From positions 5,469 through 69,468 of the forward strand of contig JBDLJL010000004.1 of the NCBI GenBank assembly GCA_039714415.1: a DNA stretch of 64,000 bases, written 5' to 3'. This document shows positions 9,836-20,063 of the stretch, piece after piece. Positions within the stretch are counted from its first letter, which is position 1. Every line of letters starts with the position of its first letter. The notes under the pieces were generated by a model. The model worked only from the letters and a program-made list of their open reading frames with translations, was not told the DNA's origin and did no database searches. The DNA comes from Bacteroidota bacterium. GTDB taxonomy: Bacteria > Bacteroidota > Bacteroidia > Bacteroidales > NBLH01. The translations under genes and the position numbers were made by a program.

Positions 9836-12127
9836 ATGAATTCGTCTGATAATAAGGATTTTATAATAAAATTTAGTATAAACGGTTTCGTAGTGGGAGT
9901 TCTTACATGGGTTCTTTTCATTATTAACGGGTTGATAAATAACAATTTTGAGTTTTCATTTTATGGTGCTTATGAATATTTAGTATTAAACCCGGGAAGC
10001 TTGATTTTTGGTTTTATTATTATTGTTTCAGGTGGTTTAATAGGTTTTGTTTTAGGAAGAGCTTATACTGATAGAAAAATTGAACTGGAAAATAAACTGC
10101 TTGTTGAGAAAGATCGTACGACAAAAGTTTTTCAGTTTACAGAAAGATTAAGAGAAGGTAACTATTTAGATGAAGAAATTCTTGAAACCAGGGATGAATT
10201 ATCTAAATCACTAATTAATCTTCGGGACGAGTTAAAGTTAAAAGAAGAAGAGGAAAATAAACGAAAAAAAGAAGAGGCTGAACGACACTGGATTACAGAG
10301 GGTTTAGCAACATTTGGTGCCATATTACGTGAAACCAGTAACGATTTGGATGCACTTTCTTACAGTGTTGTTAGTGAAATGGCTAAATATATCAAAGCTC
10401 AGGTAGTTGGGATATTTATTATTAATGATGCTAATCCAGAAGAACTTTTTATTGAACAAAAAGGGGCCTTTGCTTATGGCCGTGAAAAATTTAGTGATAA
10501 AAGAATTGAGTTTGGTGAAGGCTTAATTGGTGCATGTATCCTTGAAAAAAAATCAATTTTTTTAAAAGAAGTAACGGATAGTTATATAGAGATTACTTCC
10601 GGATTTGGAAAAGCTAATCCCAAAAGTGTAATTATTGTTCCTCTTATTATTAATGAAGAAGAAATTTTTGGTGCAATTGAAATTGCTTCGTTAAAGGTTT
10701 TTGAAGATTTTGAACTTGAATTTGTTGAAAAAACGGCAGAGAGTATTGCTTCAACTATTTCCAGTTTGAAGATTAATATGAAAACGGCCTATTTGCTAAA
10801 AGAATCTCAGGAAACACAGGAAAAGATGACTCGGCAGGAAAGGGAGATGACCGGAACAATTAATGAGCTGAAGGAGACACAAATTGAGGCTGCAAAACAA
10901 GGTGAACAGTTTGTTAGCTTTACCAATTCAGTAAATCATACAATGATTCGGGCAGAATATTCTAATGATGGAACTTTATTATATGCAAATACAAAATTTC
11001 TTGATAAACTTGGTTATAAGTCAAATAAAGAAGTGGAAGGAAAACCTATTTCCATGTTTATTAATGAAAAGGACAGGGAGTGGTTTGATGAACTTTGGGA
11101 TCGTTTAAAGGTCGGAGGACATCATTTTGAGGGTGATATGAAACACGTATCAAAACGGGGCACAGATGTGTGGACTATGGCAACTTATGTAAGTGTAAGG
11201 GATCAGGAAGGAAATCCTGAAAAAATCCTTTTTTTGGGCATAGATACTACTGATGTCAAAAAACAAAGTCTCGATAATAAAGGGCAGATTGATGCATTGA
11301 ACAGGTCAACCATAAAAGCCGAGTTTAGCCCTGGAGGTAAAGTAATTGACTTTAACACAAAGTTCCAACAGGCCATGGAATATTCAGACCAGGAACTTAG
11401 CGACCATACTATTTTTGATTTCATTGATCCCACAGAAGTAAATGAATTTAACATAATATGGAAAAATGTAATTGCCGGTGTTCCATTTGAGGGTAGATTG
11501 AAGATGCTTTCAAAAGAAGGTGACGAAAAATGGTTTCATGGCACCTATTCCATTGTTCATGATATGTATGGTGATATTTCAAAGATCATTTATATAGGTA
11601 ATGAAATTACCAACCAAATAAAAGTAGAACAGAAAAACAAAGAACAAACATCCGTTTTAAAGGTACAGGAAGAAAAACTGCAACAATCGCAGGATAATTT
11701 GACCCAAAAGCTTAGGGAAGCAAGAGAGGAAATGCGTATGCAATTCCGTGAAATAGAAACCGTTAAGCTCTTGAATGAAAAGACTCTTGAAGGTATGCTT
11801 GATGCAGTTGTTACTATTAATCAGGACAATATTATCAAATTTTTTAATAAAGCAGCTGAAGACCTTTGGTCAGTTAACAGAAAACAGGTAATTAATAGAC
11901 ATATAAATGAACTTCTTGCTGAACGTCATACTGAATTGGGTGAAGATTATCTTGGTAATTTTTTCAAATATGGTGATGATACTTTGTTAAATACCAGGAC
12001 CGAAGTTTTTATTGTCGATAAATTTGGTGACAAAATAGGTGTTTTGTTAACACTTTCTGAGGCTCAGATAGGAAAAAGGTATAGCCTTACAGCTTTTATA
12101 CAAAAAATTGAAGTGGAACTTTTCTAA
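9836..12127 (+). CDS. Membrane-anchored GAF + multi-PAS sensor protein without recognisable output domain
   Basis: Two N-terminal TM helices and coiled coils. GAF-like block (GEGLIGACILEKKSIFL ... IIVPLIINEEEIFGAIEIAS). Three PAS-like blocks (e.g. DGTLLYANTKFLDKLGYK, GKVIDFNTKFQQAMEYS, IIKFFNKAAEDLW). The ORF ends right after the last PAS, with no DHp/HATPase, GGDEF or HD motifs. Confidence 0.8.
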   Translation: MNSSDNKDFIIKFSINGFVVGVLTWVLFIINGLINNNFEFSFYGAYEYLVLNPGSLIFGFIIIVSGGLIGFVLGRAYTDRKIELENKLLVEKDRTTKVFQFTERLREGNYLDEEILETRDELSKSLINLRDELKLKEEEENKRKKEEAERHWITEGLATFGAILRETSNDLDALSYSVVSEMAKYIKAQVVGIFIINDANPEELFIEQKGAFAYGREKFSDKRIEFGEGLIGACILEKKSIFLKEVTDSYIEITSGFGKANPKSVIIVPLIINEEEIFGAIEIASLKVFEDFELEFVEKTAESIASTISSLKINMKTAYLLKESQETQEKMTRQEREMTGTINELKETQIEAAKQGEQFVSFTNSVNHTMIRAEYSNDGTLLYANTKFLDKLGYKSNKEVEGKPISMFINEKDREWFDELWDRLKVGGHHFEGDMKHVSKRGTDVWTMATYVSVRDQEGNPEKILFLGIDTTDVKKQSLDNKGQIDALNRSTIKAEFSPGGKVIDFNTKFQQAMEYSDQELSDHTIFDFIDPTEVNEFNIIWKNVIAGVPFEGRLKMLSKEGDEKWFHGTYSIVHDMYGDISKIIYIGNEITNQIKVEQKNKEQTSVLKVQEEKLQQSQDNLTQKLREAREEMRMQFREIETVKLLNEKTLEGMLDAVVTINQDNIIKFFNKAAEDLWSVNRKQVINRHINELLAERHTELGEDYLGNFFKYGDDTLLNTRTEVFIVDKFGDKIGVLLTLSEAQIGKRYSLTAFIQKIEVELF

Positions 12128-12360
12128 CCCTCTGTGATAAATTTTATATAGAAAGTTTCTTTTTTTGTAAATGTACAGACAAGATTAAAACTTATTTGAC
12201 TACTGGTGCATTTAAAATTCTCAACATTATTTAATTTTCCAATACATTTTCTACTCAAAATACATCTTATTCAGTTAATTATTCCATCCAGGTACCTTAA
12301 TCGTTTTGGTACTGTTAATAACTTTGTGAATTGACCATACAGCCTTTAATGGGATTATTT

Positions 12361-12368
12361 TATATTTG
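12361..12368 (+). promoter_or_regulatory. Candidate Bacteroidota-type -7 promoter box (TAnnTTTG) for parE
   Basis: TATATTTG lies 22 nt upstream of the ATG at 12390. Confidence 0.3.
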
Positions 12369-12389
12369 CATTTTGCTAAAAATGAGAGT

Positions 12390-14231
12390 ATGGTTGAAAA
12401 ATATTCAGAAGATACGATAAAAACCCTTGATTGGAAGGAACATATTAGGAGAAGGCCGGGAATGTATATTGGCAAACTGGGTGATGGGTCTTCGCAGGAT
12501 GATGGTATTTATATTTTATTAAAAGAGGTATTTGATAACTCTATTGATGAGTATATGATGGGTTTTGGAAAGAAGATAGATATAACCATAACTGATCATA
12601 AAGTTCGAATAAGAGATTATGGACGTGGTATCCCGTTAGGGAAATTAATTGATGTGGCCTCAAAAATGAATACTGGTGCAAAATATGATTCAAAAGTTTT
12701 TAAAAAATCAGTTGGATTAAATGGTGTGGGAATTAAGGCCGTAAATGCTTTATCCTATAAATTTAATATAAAAGCATTTCGTGAAAAGGAAGTAAAAGAG
12801 GTTCATTTTTCAGAAGGCCAAATTGTTGAAGATTTTGATATTCAACCTACTGATGAAACCAATGGAACAGAAGTAGTTTTTATTCCTGATCAGAAACTAT
12901 TTGGTGATTATCATTACCTTTCTGATTATGTTGAAACCATGTTGCGGAATTATGTTTACCTTAATTCGGGGCTTTCAATATATTTTAATGGAAACAAGTA
13001 TTACTCAAAAAATGGACTTTTAGATCTGCTGAAAGATAATATGAGTGGTGAAGGTTTATATCCGATTATCCATCTTAAAGGAGAGGACATTGAAATAGCC
13101 ATTACTCATGGAAATCAATATGGTGAAGAGTATTATTCATTTGTAAACGGACAGCAAACTAGTCAAGGAGGAACTCATTTGCTCGCTTTTAGGGAGGCTG
13201 TTGCAAAAACAATCAGGGAGTTTTATAAAAAGGATTATGATGTAACTGATATTCGTTCTTCAATAATTGCTGCAATAAGTGTAAAAGTGGAGGAACCTGT
13301 TTTTGAATCACAAACAAAAACTAAGCTGGGTTCAAAAAACATGACGCCTGATGGAGTTTCAGTACGAAATTTTGTATTAGATTTTGTAAAAAAATCATTA
13401 GATAATTATCTGCATAAAAATCCGGATACTGCCGAAATCCTTCTGAGAAAGATCCAGGAATCAGAAAAAGAGCGAAAAGCAATTTCGGGTATTAAAAAAC
13501 TGGCAAGGGAAAGAGCAAAAAAGGTAAGCCTGCATAACAAAAAATTACGTGATTGCAGGGTACATTATAATTCTAAGCATGAACGTAGGGGAGAATCTAC
13601 TATTTTCATTACCGAAGGTGATTCTGCCAGTGGTTCCATAACAAAATCAAGAAATGTGAATACGCAGGCAGTGTTTAGCCTGAAAGGAAAACCGTTAAAT
13701 ACGCATGGTTTAACTAAAAAGGTCGTTTATGAAAATGAAGAGTTTAATCTTTTGCAGGCAGCTTTAAATATTGAAGAAGGAGTTGAAAATATCAGGTATA
13801 ACAATATTGTAATTGCTACTGATGCTGATGTTGACGGAATGCATATAAGGTTGTTATTGATAACATTCTTTTTAAAGTTTTTTCCTGATGTAGTAAAAAA
13901 GAATCATTTACATATTTTACAAACACCTTTATTCAGGGTAAGAAATAAAAAAGAAACTATTTATTGCTATTCTGATGAAGAAAAAGCAGAGGCTATAAAT
14001 AAACTTGGCAAAAACCCGGAAATTACCAGGTTTAAGGGACTTGGTGAAATTTCACCTAATGAATTTGTTCATTTTATTGGTGAAAAAATAAGACTTGAAC
14101 CGGTATTATTAAAAAGAGATGAGTCTACTTCTGATATGCTGGATTTTTATATGGGTAAAAATACACCTCAAAGGCAGGAATTTATTATTGATAACCTGAG
14201 GATTGAACAAGACTTGGTTGAACAGGAGTAA
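12390..14231 (+). CDS. parE: DNA topoisomerase IV subunit B (type IIA topoisomerase B subunit)
   Basis: RRRPGMYIG, Toprim EGDSA ([11 protein letters not shown]), SLKGKPLNT and [12 protein letters not shown]. About 610 aa, paired with a ParC-like A subunit. The ORF track starts at TTG 12366; ATG 12390 is preferred. Confidence 0.85.
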   Translation: MVEKYSEDTIKTLDWKEHIRRRPGMYIGKLGDGSSQDDGIYILLKEVFDNSIDEYMMGFGKKIDITITDHKVRIRDYGRGIPLGKLIDVASKMNTGAKYDSKVFKKSVGLNGVGIKAVNALSYKFNIKAFREKEVKEVHFSEGQIVEDFDIQPTDETNGTEVVFIPDQKLFGDYHYLSDYVETMLRNYVYLNSGLSIYFNGNKYYSKNGLLDLLKDNMSGEGLYPIIHLKGEDIEIAITHGNQYGEEYYSFVNGQQTSQGGTHLLAFREAVAKTIREFYKKDYDVTDIRSSIIAAISVKVEEPVFESQTKTKLGSKNMTPDGVSVRNFVLDFVKKSLDNYLHKNPDTAEILLRKIQESEKERKAISGIKKLARERAKKVSLHNKKLRDCRVHYNSKHERRGESTIFITEGDSASGSITKSRNVNTQAVFSLKGKPLNTHGLTKKVVYENEEFNLLQAALNIEEGVENIRYNNIVIATDADVDGMHIRLLLITFFLKFFPDVVKKNHLHILQTPLFRVRNKKETIYCYSDEEKAEAINKLGKNPEITRFKGLGEISPNEFVHFIGEKIRLEPVLLKRDESTSDMLDFYMGKNTPQRQEFIIDNLRIEQDLVEQE

Positions 14232-14234
14232 AAA

Positions 14235-14276
14235 CAGTAAGCAGTAGACAGTCATCAGTAGACTGACAGCTGGAGA
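14235..14276. repeat. Six tandem heptamers CAGTAAG CAGTAGA CAGTCAT CAGTAGA CTGACAG CTGGAGA
   Basis: Direct reading. The array begins 4 nt after the parE stop. It contains TAA, TAG, TAG and TGA, which fall in all three + strand frames. Confidence 0.8.
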
Positions 14277-14310
14277 TTGAAAATTTTGAATCAAAATGTA
14301 CGAAGATTAA

Positions 14311-16926
14311 ATGGAAGAAAATTTAGAAAATAAGAATGATATAGACCAAAACATAGAAAACGGTGAAATGCAGGACGTGAATTATATTTCCGGAATGTAT
14401 AAAAACTGGTTTTTGGACTATGCATCTTATGTTATATTGGAAAGAGCTGTCCCTCATGTTCTGGACGGATTAAAACCTGTACATAGAAGAATATTGCATG
14501 CCATGAAAAAGTTGGATGATGGCAGGTATAATAAAGTAGCTAATATCATTGGCTATACAATGCAATATCATCCACATGGAGATGCATCAATTGGAGATGC
14601 ATTAGTACATTTGGGACAAAAAGATTTATTAATAGACGCACAGGGAAACTGGGGTAATATATATACCGGAGATAGTTCAGCTGCACCCAGATATATTGAA
14701 GCACGATTGTCAAAATTTGCCCTGGATATTGTATTCAATCCTAAAATTACAGAATGGAAATTATCATATGATGGTAGAAATAAAGAACCTATAAATTTAC
14801 CAGTTAAATTTCCATTATTATTGGTTCAGGGTGTTGAAGGTATTGCTGTTGGTTTGGCTTCCAAAATTCTTCCTCATAATTTTATTGAACTAATTGATGC
14901 CTCAATTAAACACCTAAAAGGGCAGGACTTTGAAATTTTACCGGATTTTATTACCGGAGGGCTGGCTGATTTTTCTAAATATAATGATGGATTACGAGGT
15001 GGGAAAGTTCGGGTAAGGGCAAAAATTGAGAAATACGATAAGAAAACACTGATTATTAAAGAACTTCCGTTCGGTAAAACAACGGGGTCGTTAATTGATT
15101 CAATTTTAAGTGCCAATGAAAAAGGGAAAATAAAAATCCGAAAAATCGATGACAATACTGCTGCAGAGGTTGAAATTTTAATTCATCTGGCAAATGGTAC
15201 TTCATCCGATAAAATGATTGATGCCCTATTTGCTTTTACCGATTGTGAAATATCAATTTCGCCTAATGCCACAATTATTAGTGAAAATAAGCCATATTTC
15301 CTTGGTGTAAGTGAAATGCTGAAATTATCAGCGGACCACACAGTTTCATTGTTGAAATGGGAGCTTGAAATTCGTAAAAATGAACTAGAGGCAGCTTGGC
15401 ACTTATCTTCCCTTGAAAAGATTTTTATTGAAAACCGAATCTACATTGAAATTGAAGAATGCGAAACATGGGAAGATATCATATTAACAATTGATAATGG
15501 TTTGGAGCCATTTAAAAAGCTGTTGAGGCGCGAGGTAACACGTGAAGATATTACCAGGCTTACTGAAATAAGAATTAAGAGGATTTCAAAATACGATGCC
15601 TTTAAAGCTGATGAATATATTAAATCGCTTGAAGAGGAAATGGAACAGGTGCTACACAACCTGGAACATATAATTGATTATACCATTGAGCATTTCAAAA
15701 ATATAAGGAAAAAGTATGGAAAAGGCAGGGAAAGGAAAACAGAGATAAGGAGTTTTGATACTATTGTTGCAACTAAAGTAGTTGTGGCTAATGAAAAACT
15801 ATATGTGAACTATCAGGATGGTTTTGCCGGTACCGGGCTGAAAAAAGATGAATATGTATCGGATTGTTCAGATATTGATGATATTATTGTATTCAGAAGA
15901 GATGGTAGTTATTTTGTAAGTAAAGTGACTGAAAAAATCTTTATCGGTACAAATGCAATTCACGTGGCAGTTTTTAAGAAGAATGATAAACGAACTATTT
16001 ATAACGCCATATATCGCGACGGTAAAACAGGGTTTGCTTATATGAAACGTTTTGCAGTTCCAAGTGTTACACGTGATAAAGAATATGCTTTGACCCAAGG
16101 AAATACTAATTCTAAAGTTCTTTATTTTTCAGCAAACCCAAATGGTGAGGCTGAAATGGTGCGTATCCTTTTAAAGCCACGCCCCAGGTTAAAGAAACTA
16201 TCTTGGGATCTTGATTTTAGTTCTTTGGATATAAAAGGACGAAACTCAATGGGAAATATCCTTACCAAGCATATGGTCCATAAAATTATGATGAAAGAAA
16301 AAGGGGTTTCTACATTGAAAGGAATGAATATATGGTTTGACTATGATGTGAACAGGTTAAATGCAGATAATAGAGGTGAATTACTTGGTGAATTCAAAGC
16401 TGATGACAAAATTTTATTCATATCAAAATCAGGATACTATAGATTAACTGACTATGAACTTTCAAATCATTATGAAGATAATTTGCTATTAATTGAAAAA
16501 TTTAATCCAAACAAGACATTCTCTGCTGTTTATTTTGATGATGAAAAGGGATTTTTCTATTTGAAAAGGTTTGAAATTGAATCATCTGATAAAGATGCCT
16601 GGTTTATTGCTGAAGATAATGGTTCAAAACTTATTGCTTTATCCCAGGACAAGTTACCAGTTATTAATGTGAAGTTTGGAGGTAAATATCAAAGCAGGCC
16701 TGATGAAGAAATTAATGTTGACGAATTTATTGGTGTAAAAGGCTATAAGGCTAAAGGTAAACGTATTAGTACATATGATATTAAATCAGTTGAATTTATT
16801 GAACCTATAGAGGTACCTGAAGTTGTTGAAACTGAAAGTGTTTTAGAAGATCGTCAGGAAGTCAAAACTGATGTTGAATTTGAAGTAACTGGTAAAAATG
16901 GGGAACAAAAAAGCCTTGATATGTAG
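14311..16926 (+). CDS. parC: DNA topoisomerase IV subunit A (type IIA topoisomerase A subunit)
   Basis: DGLKPVHRRIL, QYHPHGD and AAPRYIEARL (catalytic Tyr context). C-terminal beta-pinwheel-sized region. It directly follows parE. Confidence 0.85.
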   Translation: MEENLENKNDIDQNIENGEMQDVNYISGMYKNWFLDYASYVILERAVPHVLDGLKPVHRRILHAMKKLDDGRYNKVANIIGYTMQYHPHGDASIGDALVHLGQKDLLIDAQGNWGNIYTGDSSAAPRYIEARLSKFALDIVFNPKITEWKLSYDGRNKEPINLPVKFPLLLVQGVEGIAVGLASKILPHNFIELIDASIKHLKGQDFEILPDFITGGLADFSKYNDGLRGGKVRVRAKIEKYDKKTLIIKELPFGKTTGSLIDSILSANEKGKIKIRKIDDNTAAEVEILIHLANGTSSDKMIDALFAFTDCEISISPNATIISENKPYFLGVSEMLKLSADHTVSLLKWELEIRKNELEAAWHLSSLEKIFIENRIYIEIEECETWEDIILTIDNGLEPFKKLLRREVTREDITRLTEIRIKRISKYDAFKADEYIKSLEEEMEQVLHNLEHIIDYTIEHFKNIRKKYGKGRERKTEIRSFDTIVATKVVVANEKLYVNYQDGFAGTGLKKDEYVSDCSDIDDIIVFRRDGSYFVSKVTEKIFIGTNAIHVAVFKKNDKRTIYNAIYRDGKTGFAYMKRFAVPSVTRDKEYALTQGNTNSKVLYFSANPNGEAEMVRILLKPRPRLKKLSWDLDFSSLDIKGRNSMGNILTKHMVHKIMMKEKGVSTLKGMNIWFDYDVNRLNADNRGELLGEFKADDKILFISKSGYYRLTDYELSNHYEDNLLLIEKFNPNKTFSAVYFDDEKGFFYLKRFEIESSDKDAWFIAEDNGSKLIALSQDKLPVINVKFGGKYQSRPDEEINVDEFIGVKGYKAKGKRISTYDIKSVEFIEPIEVPEVVETESVLEDRQEVKTDVEFEVTGKNGEQKSLDM

Positions 16927-16976
16927 TAAAAAGAGGCTAAGGAAAAGAAAGATAATTGAAACTAATTACCAATGTT

Positions 16977-17801
16977 ATGATAACTGATTATAAAAGTGCT
17001 GTAGATAATATTAGAGCGATTTTAAAAATCTACTTATCTGATAATAAGTTGAAATCGCTTGTAGTTGGAATATCTGGTGGTATTGATAGTGCGCTAACTG
17101 TTGCTCTTGCTAAACCAGTTTGTGATGAACTGGATATTCCCTTAATCGGTCGGAGTATTACTATTGAAACAAATAAAGCTGATGAAATTGAGCGAGCCAG
17201 AACTATTGGTGAAAACTTTGTGACTGATTTTAAAGAGGTGGATTTAACTGACGGGTTTATTTCTCTTGCTGGTTTAATTACTGAAGAGGGCGATAATGAT
17301 ACTGGATCGGTGGCTTACAAAATTAGGAGGGGGAATATTAAAGCCCGTACACGGATGGTTTATTTATATGACCTTGCTGCACGTTACAGAGGAATGGTTT
17401 TGTCTACTGATAATTACACGGAATTATTGCTTGGTTTTTGGACATTACATGGAGATGTTGGTGATTATGGGATGATCCAGAATTTATGGAAAACTGAAAT
17501 ATATGCAATGTCTCGTTATATTGTTGCACAATTAGAGGATGATGCTGCTAAAATTGCTTTGCAGGATTGTGTAGATGCAGTTGCTACAGACGGATTGGGT
17601 ATTACGAAAAGTGACCTGGATCAGATTCAGGCAAAAAGCTATGAAGAAGTAGACCAGATTTTATTGAAATTAATTTATAATACTAACGATTTGAAGAATT
17701 TTGAGAATCATCCGGTTATTCAACGAAAAAGAAATTCTGAGTTTAAGAGAAGTAATCCGTATAATATTCCCAGGGAACAAATTACTGATAAACCTTTGTA
17801 A
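16977..17801 (+). CDS. nadE: NAD+ synthetase
   Basis: PP-loop GISGGIDSA. The size fits the ammonia-dependent type. The ORF track starts at TTG 16956; the first ATG is at 16977. Confidence 0.85.
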   Translation: MITDYKSAVDNIRAILKIYLSDNKLKSLVVGISGGIDSALTVALAKPVCDELDIPLIGRSITIETNKADEIERARTIGENFVTDFKEVDLTDGFISLAGLITEEGDNDTGSVAYKIRRGNIKARTRMVYLYDLAARYRGMVLSTDNYTELLLGFWTLHGDVGDYGMIQNLWKTEIYAMSRYIVAQLEDDAAKIALQDCVDAVATDGLGITKSDLDQIQAKSYEEVDQILLKLIYNTNDLKNFENHPVIQRKRNSEFKRSNPYNIPREQITDKPL

Positions 17802-17845
17802 TTAATAATATTGTATCATGGGTTAAATTTGTTGATAAAACTAAC

Positions 17846-17870
17846 GAAACAGTCGGGGTGCGACTGTTTT
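17846..17870 (+). terminator. Hairpin with short T-run downstream of nadE
   Basis: The stem GAAACAGTCG / CGACTGTTT has a GGGTG loop and ends in TTTT. Confidence 0.45.
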
Positions 17871-17956
17871 ACAGGTATAAATAGTCGTGATTCGACTAAA
17901 TCAACTGAATTGATTCAACACTTAATATTGCAAGTTAAAGTTAAAAGGAGGCTGTT

Positions 17957-18571
17957 ATGTTACTAAAAGTTTATGAAGAAAACCCTTCCTCTAAGGTAGT
18001 AAGACAGGTTGTAGAGGTGTTAAGGAGCGGTGGTTTGGTAATTTACCCAACAGATACGGTATATGCTTTGGGCTGTGATGTATTTAATCATAAAGCGGTT
18101 GAAAGATTGGCAAAGATTAAAGGTCTTGATTATAAAAAAGCACATTTTTCTTTTATTTGTTATGATTTAAGCAGTTTATCGGAATATAGCAAGCCCATAA
18201 ACAATCATGTTTTTAAAGTAATGAAAAGAAATTTGCCGGGGCCCTTTACTTTTATACTTGAAGCCAGTAATAAAGTTCCTAAAATATTGAAAAGTAAAAA
18301 AAAGACCGTAGGTATCCGTGTTCCTGATAATAATATCATTCGTGAAGTGGTAAAAGAATTAGGCAACCCTGTTTTAACCACATCTATCCGTGATGATGAC
18401 GATATTATAGAGTACCTTACTGATCCGGAACTGATCCACGAGAAATATGAAAATATTGCCGAAATTGTTGTTGATGGTGGTTACGGTAACACTACTGCTT
18501 CAACCATTGTTGATTGTACAGGCGGCGATATTGAAATTGTTAGGGAAGGAGTGCAGGAATTGTTGATGTAA
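17957..18571 (+). CDS. yciO: Sua5/YciO/YrdC/YwlC family protein, YciO-like
   Basis: It tracks E. coli YciO as I remember it: VIYPTDTVYALGC, HFSFICYDLSSLSEYS, PGPFTFIL, KKTVGIRVPDN, VVDGGYG..ASTIVDCT and VREGV. It lacks the TsaC KxR and SxN motifs, having KIKGL and TSIR instead. Confidence 0.8.
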   Translation: MLLKVYEENPSSKVVRQVVEVLRSGGLVIYPTDTVYALGCDVFNHKAVERLAKIKGLDYKKAHFSFICYDLSSLSEYSKPINNHVFKVMKRNLPGPFTFILEASNKVPKILKSKKKTVGIRVPDNNIIREVVKELGNPVLTTSIRDDDDIIEYLTDPELIHEKYENIAEIVVDGGYGNTTASTIVDCTGGDIEIVREGVQELLM

Positions 18572-18573
18572 AA

Positions 18574-19956
18574 TCACTCTTTTTTCTTTATAATTGATCT
18601 GATTAATATAACTGAAATGATAATCAAAACAATAGCAAATGATAACATTAAGTACTTTGCAGTATAAGTCTTATCATTTGATTCTTGGGGTAGTTCTTTA
18701 ATGATTTCAGAACCATTATCAACATCAATTTCTGTTGGTCCTTCTACTATTATAGGGCTCACTTGCTTACCTTCCTCAAAAAGAAGTAAATCATTAATAA
18801 TCATTTTATGCTCAGCGTTGTATTGAGGGTTTTTAGTTTTTGGAGTATACCAATTAAAAAGGGAAAATACTTTCAACCAGTTACCATTGCTAAATTCGTA
18901 ACCATTTAATGCTGCCATGGCATTTATAATATGCCTGGTTTTATTTTTCAGGTTCATATAATTTTCGAGTTTATGTTCTGAATCAAACATTCTTCCATAT
19001 TCTGTATAAATCCGCTCACATAGCTCTTTGTCAACCTTGAATATTTCAGGTTTCCCCTTTAAATAATTCAGATACTGATTAAACTTTGCCGTGTCATTTA
19101 AAATTATACAACTCGATAATGAGTCAATATGCTTATAAAAATCATAGCTTTTTAAAATTTCATAATCGATTTTTTTAATTAGCTCAATGTTAAAATCCGG
19201 TTCTAGGTTATGAAATTCCCAAGTGATTTTTTTTTTATCATTGTCTACTTTAGTTGGTTTTGGATTAAAAAACCATCCGTTCATAACTTTTGTCTGATGA
19301 AAGATATTGTCATTAAACATATAATTAATATCAATAAATGTATCAATATCTAAACTAAGGTCAGTTTCGGGATTCATTATAAATTGAATTTTGGCTTTTT
19401 CAATAACACCTTTCCAACCGGCACCTGTTTCTAAGACATATGTAAAATCTTCCCAGCTTCGTCCCATATTATCCCCACCATAACCAAACCCTTGTTTAAA
19501 TTTGTTAATTACTGTTTTTTTTTCATTTGGCTTAAATTGTATTGAAAAAACAAAGGCAAACTCATATTTACCTGATGTATCAACTCTCAATAGTTTTCTA
19601 TAAATTTCTTTATTATTGACCCAAGTCCTGAACTGAAGTTTTTCTTTTATTTCTTTCATCTTTTCTTCATCAGATTTTTCAATATCTAAATAATATTCTT
19701 CTGAATCCATAGATGGTGAAACAGGAAAACCAAAAGTTACTTCTTGTAAGGAATCAGTCGTATTATAAAATACAAAGCTTGTAGTAAACGAGGTACTTGC
19801 CTGGTCATAAATTACCTTTTCTTCAAGCATTTGAATGCTATTATTCTTAATCGGGAACAATGTCCCTCCTTGAGGTCCAATTGAATAAGCCCCGTCGTTT
19901 GCCAGGATATTGAAATTAATTGCTGTAATCAGGATAATAAATATCGTATATCTCAT
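18574..19956 (-). CDS. Secreted protein with C-terminal YARHG-like domain and C-terminal TM anchor
   Basis: Signal-like MRYTIFIILITAINFNILA from the ATG at 19956 (the ORF track extends to 20025). YARHG-like segment RHIINAMAALNGYEFSNGNWLKVFSLFNWYTP. Terminal hydrophobic helix LMLSFAIVLIIISVILI. Confidence 0.6.
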   Translation of the reverse strand: MRYTIFIILITAINFNILANDGAYSIGPQGGTLFPIKNNSIQMLEEKVIYDQASTSFTTSFVFYNTTDSLQEVTFGFPVSPSMDSEEYYLDIEKSDEEKMKEIKEKLQFRTWVNNKEIYRKLLRVDTSGKYEFAFVFSIQFKPNEKKTVINKFKQGFGYGGDNMGRSWEDFTYVLETGAGWKGVIEKAKIQFIMNPETDLSLDIDTFIDINYMFNDNIFHQTKVMNGWFFNPKPTKVDNDKKKITWEFHNLEPDFNIELIKKIDYEILKSYDFYKHIDSLSSCIILNDTAKFNQYLNYLKGKPEIFKVDKELCERIYTEYGRMFDSEHKLENYMNLKNKTRHIINAMAALNGYEFSNGNWLKVFSLFNWYTPKTKNPQYNAEHKMIINDLLLFEEGKQVSPIIVEGPTEIDVDNGSEIIKELPQESNDKTYTAKYLMLSFAIVLIIISVILIRSIIKKKE

Positions 19957-20063
19957 TGATGATAATTTTTGAAACCTTAAATTTATTGGGTGAATATAAA
20001 GGTTTTGTAAATTCCCAAAATGCAAATTTAAAAAATCACATAAGAATTCAAAATCAGAAATAT

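Noticed and set aside
12390-16926. Calling the type IIA topoisomerase pair gyrB/gyrA
   Set aside because: The A subunit diverges from the GyrA consensus around the active-site region (QYHPHGDASIGDALVHLGQ, GNWGN instead of GNFGS), and I see no GyrA-box-like motif. The pair is adjacent, as I recall for Bacteroidota parE-parC. This remains a motif-level judgement and a phylogeny would settle it.
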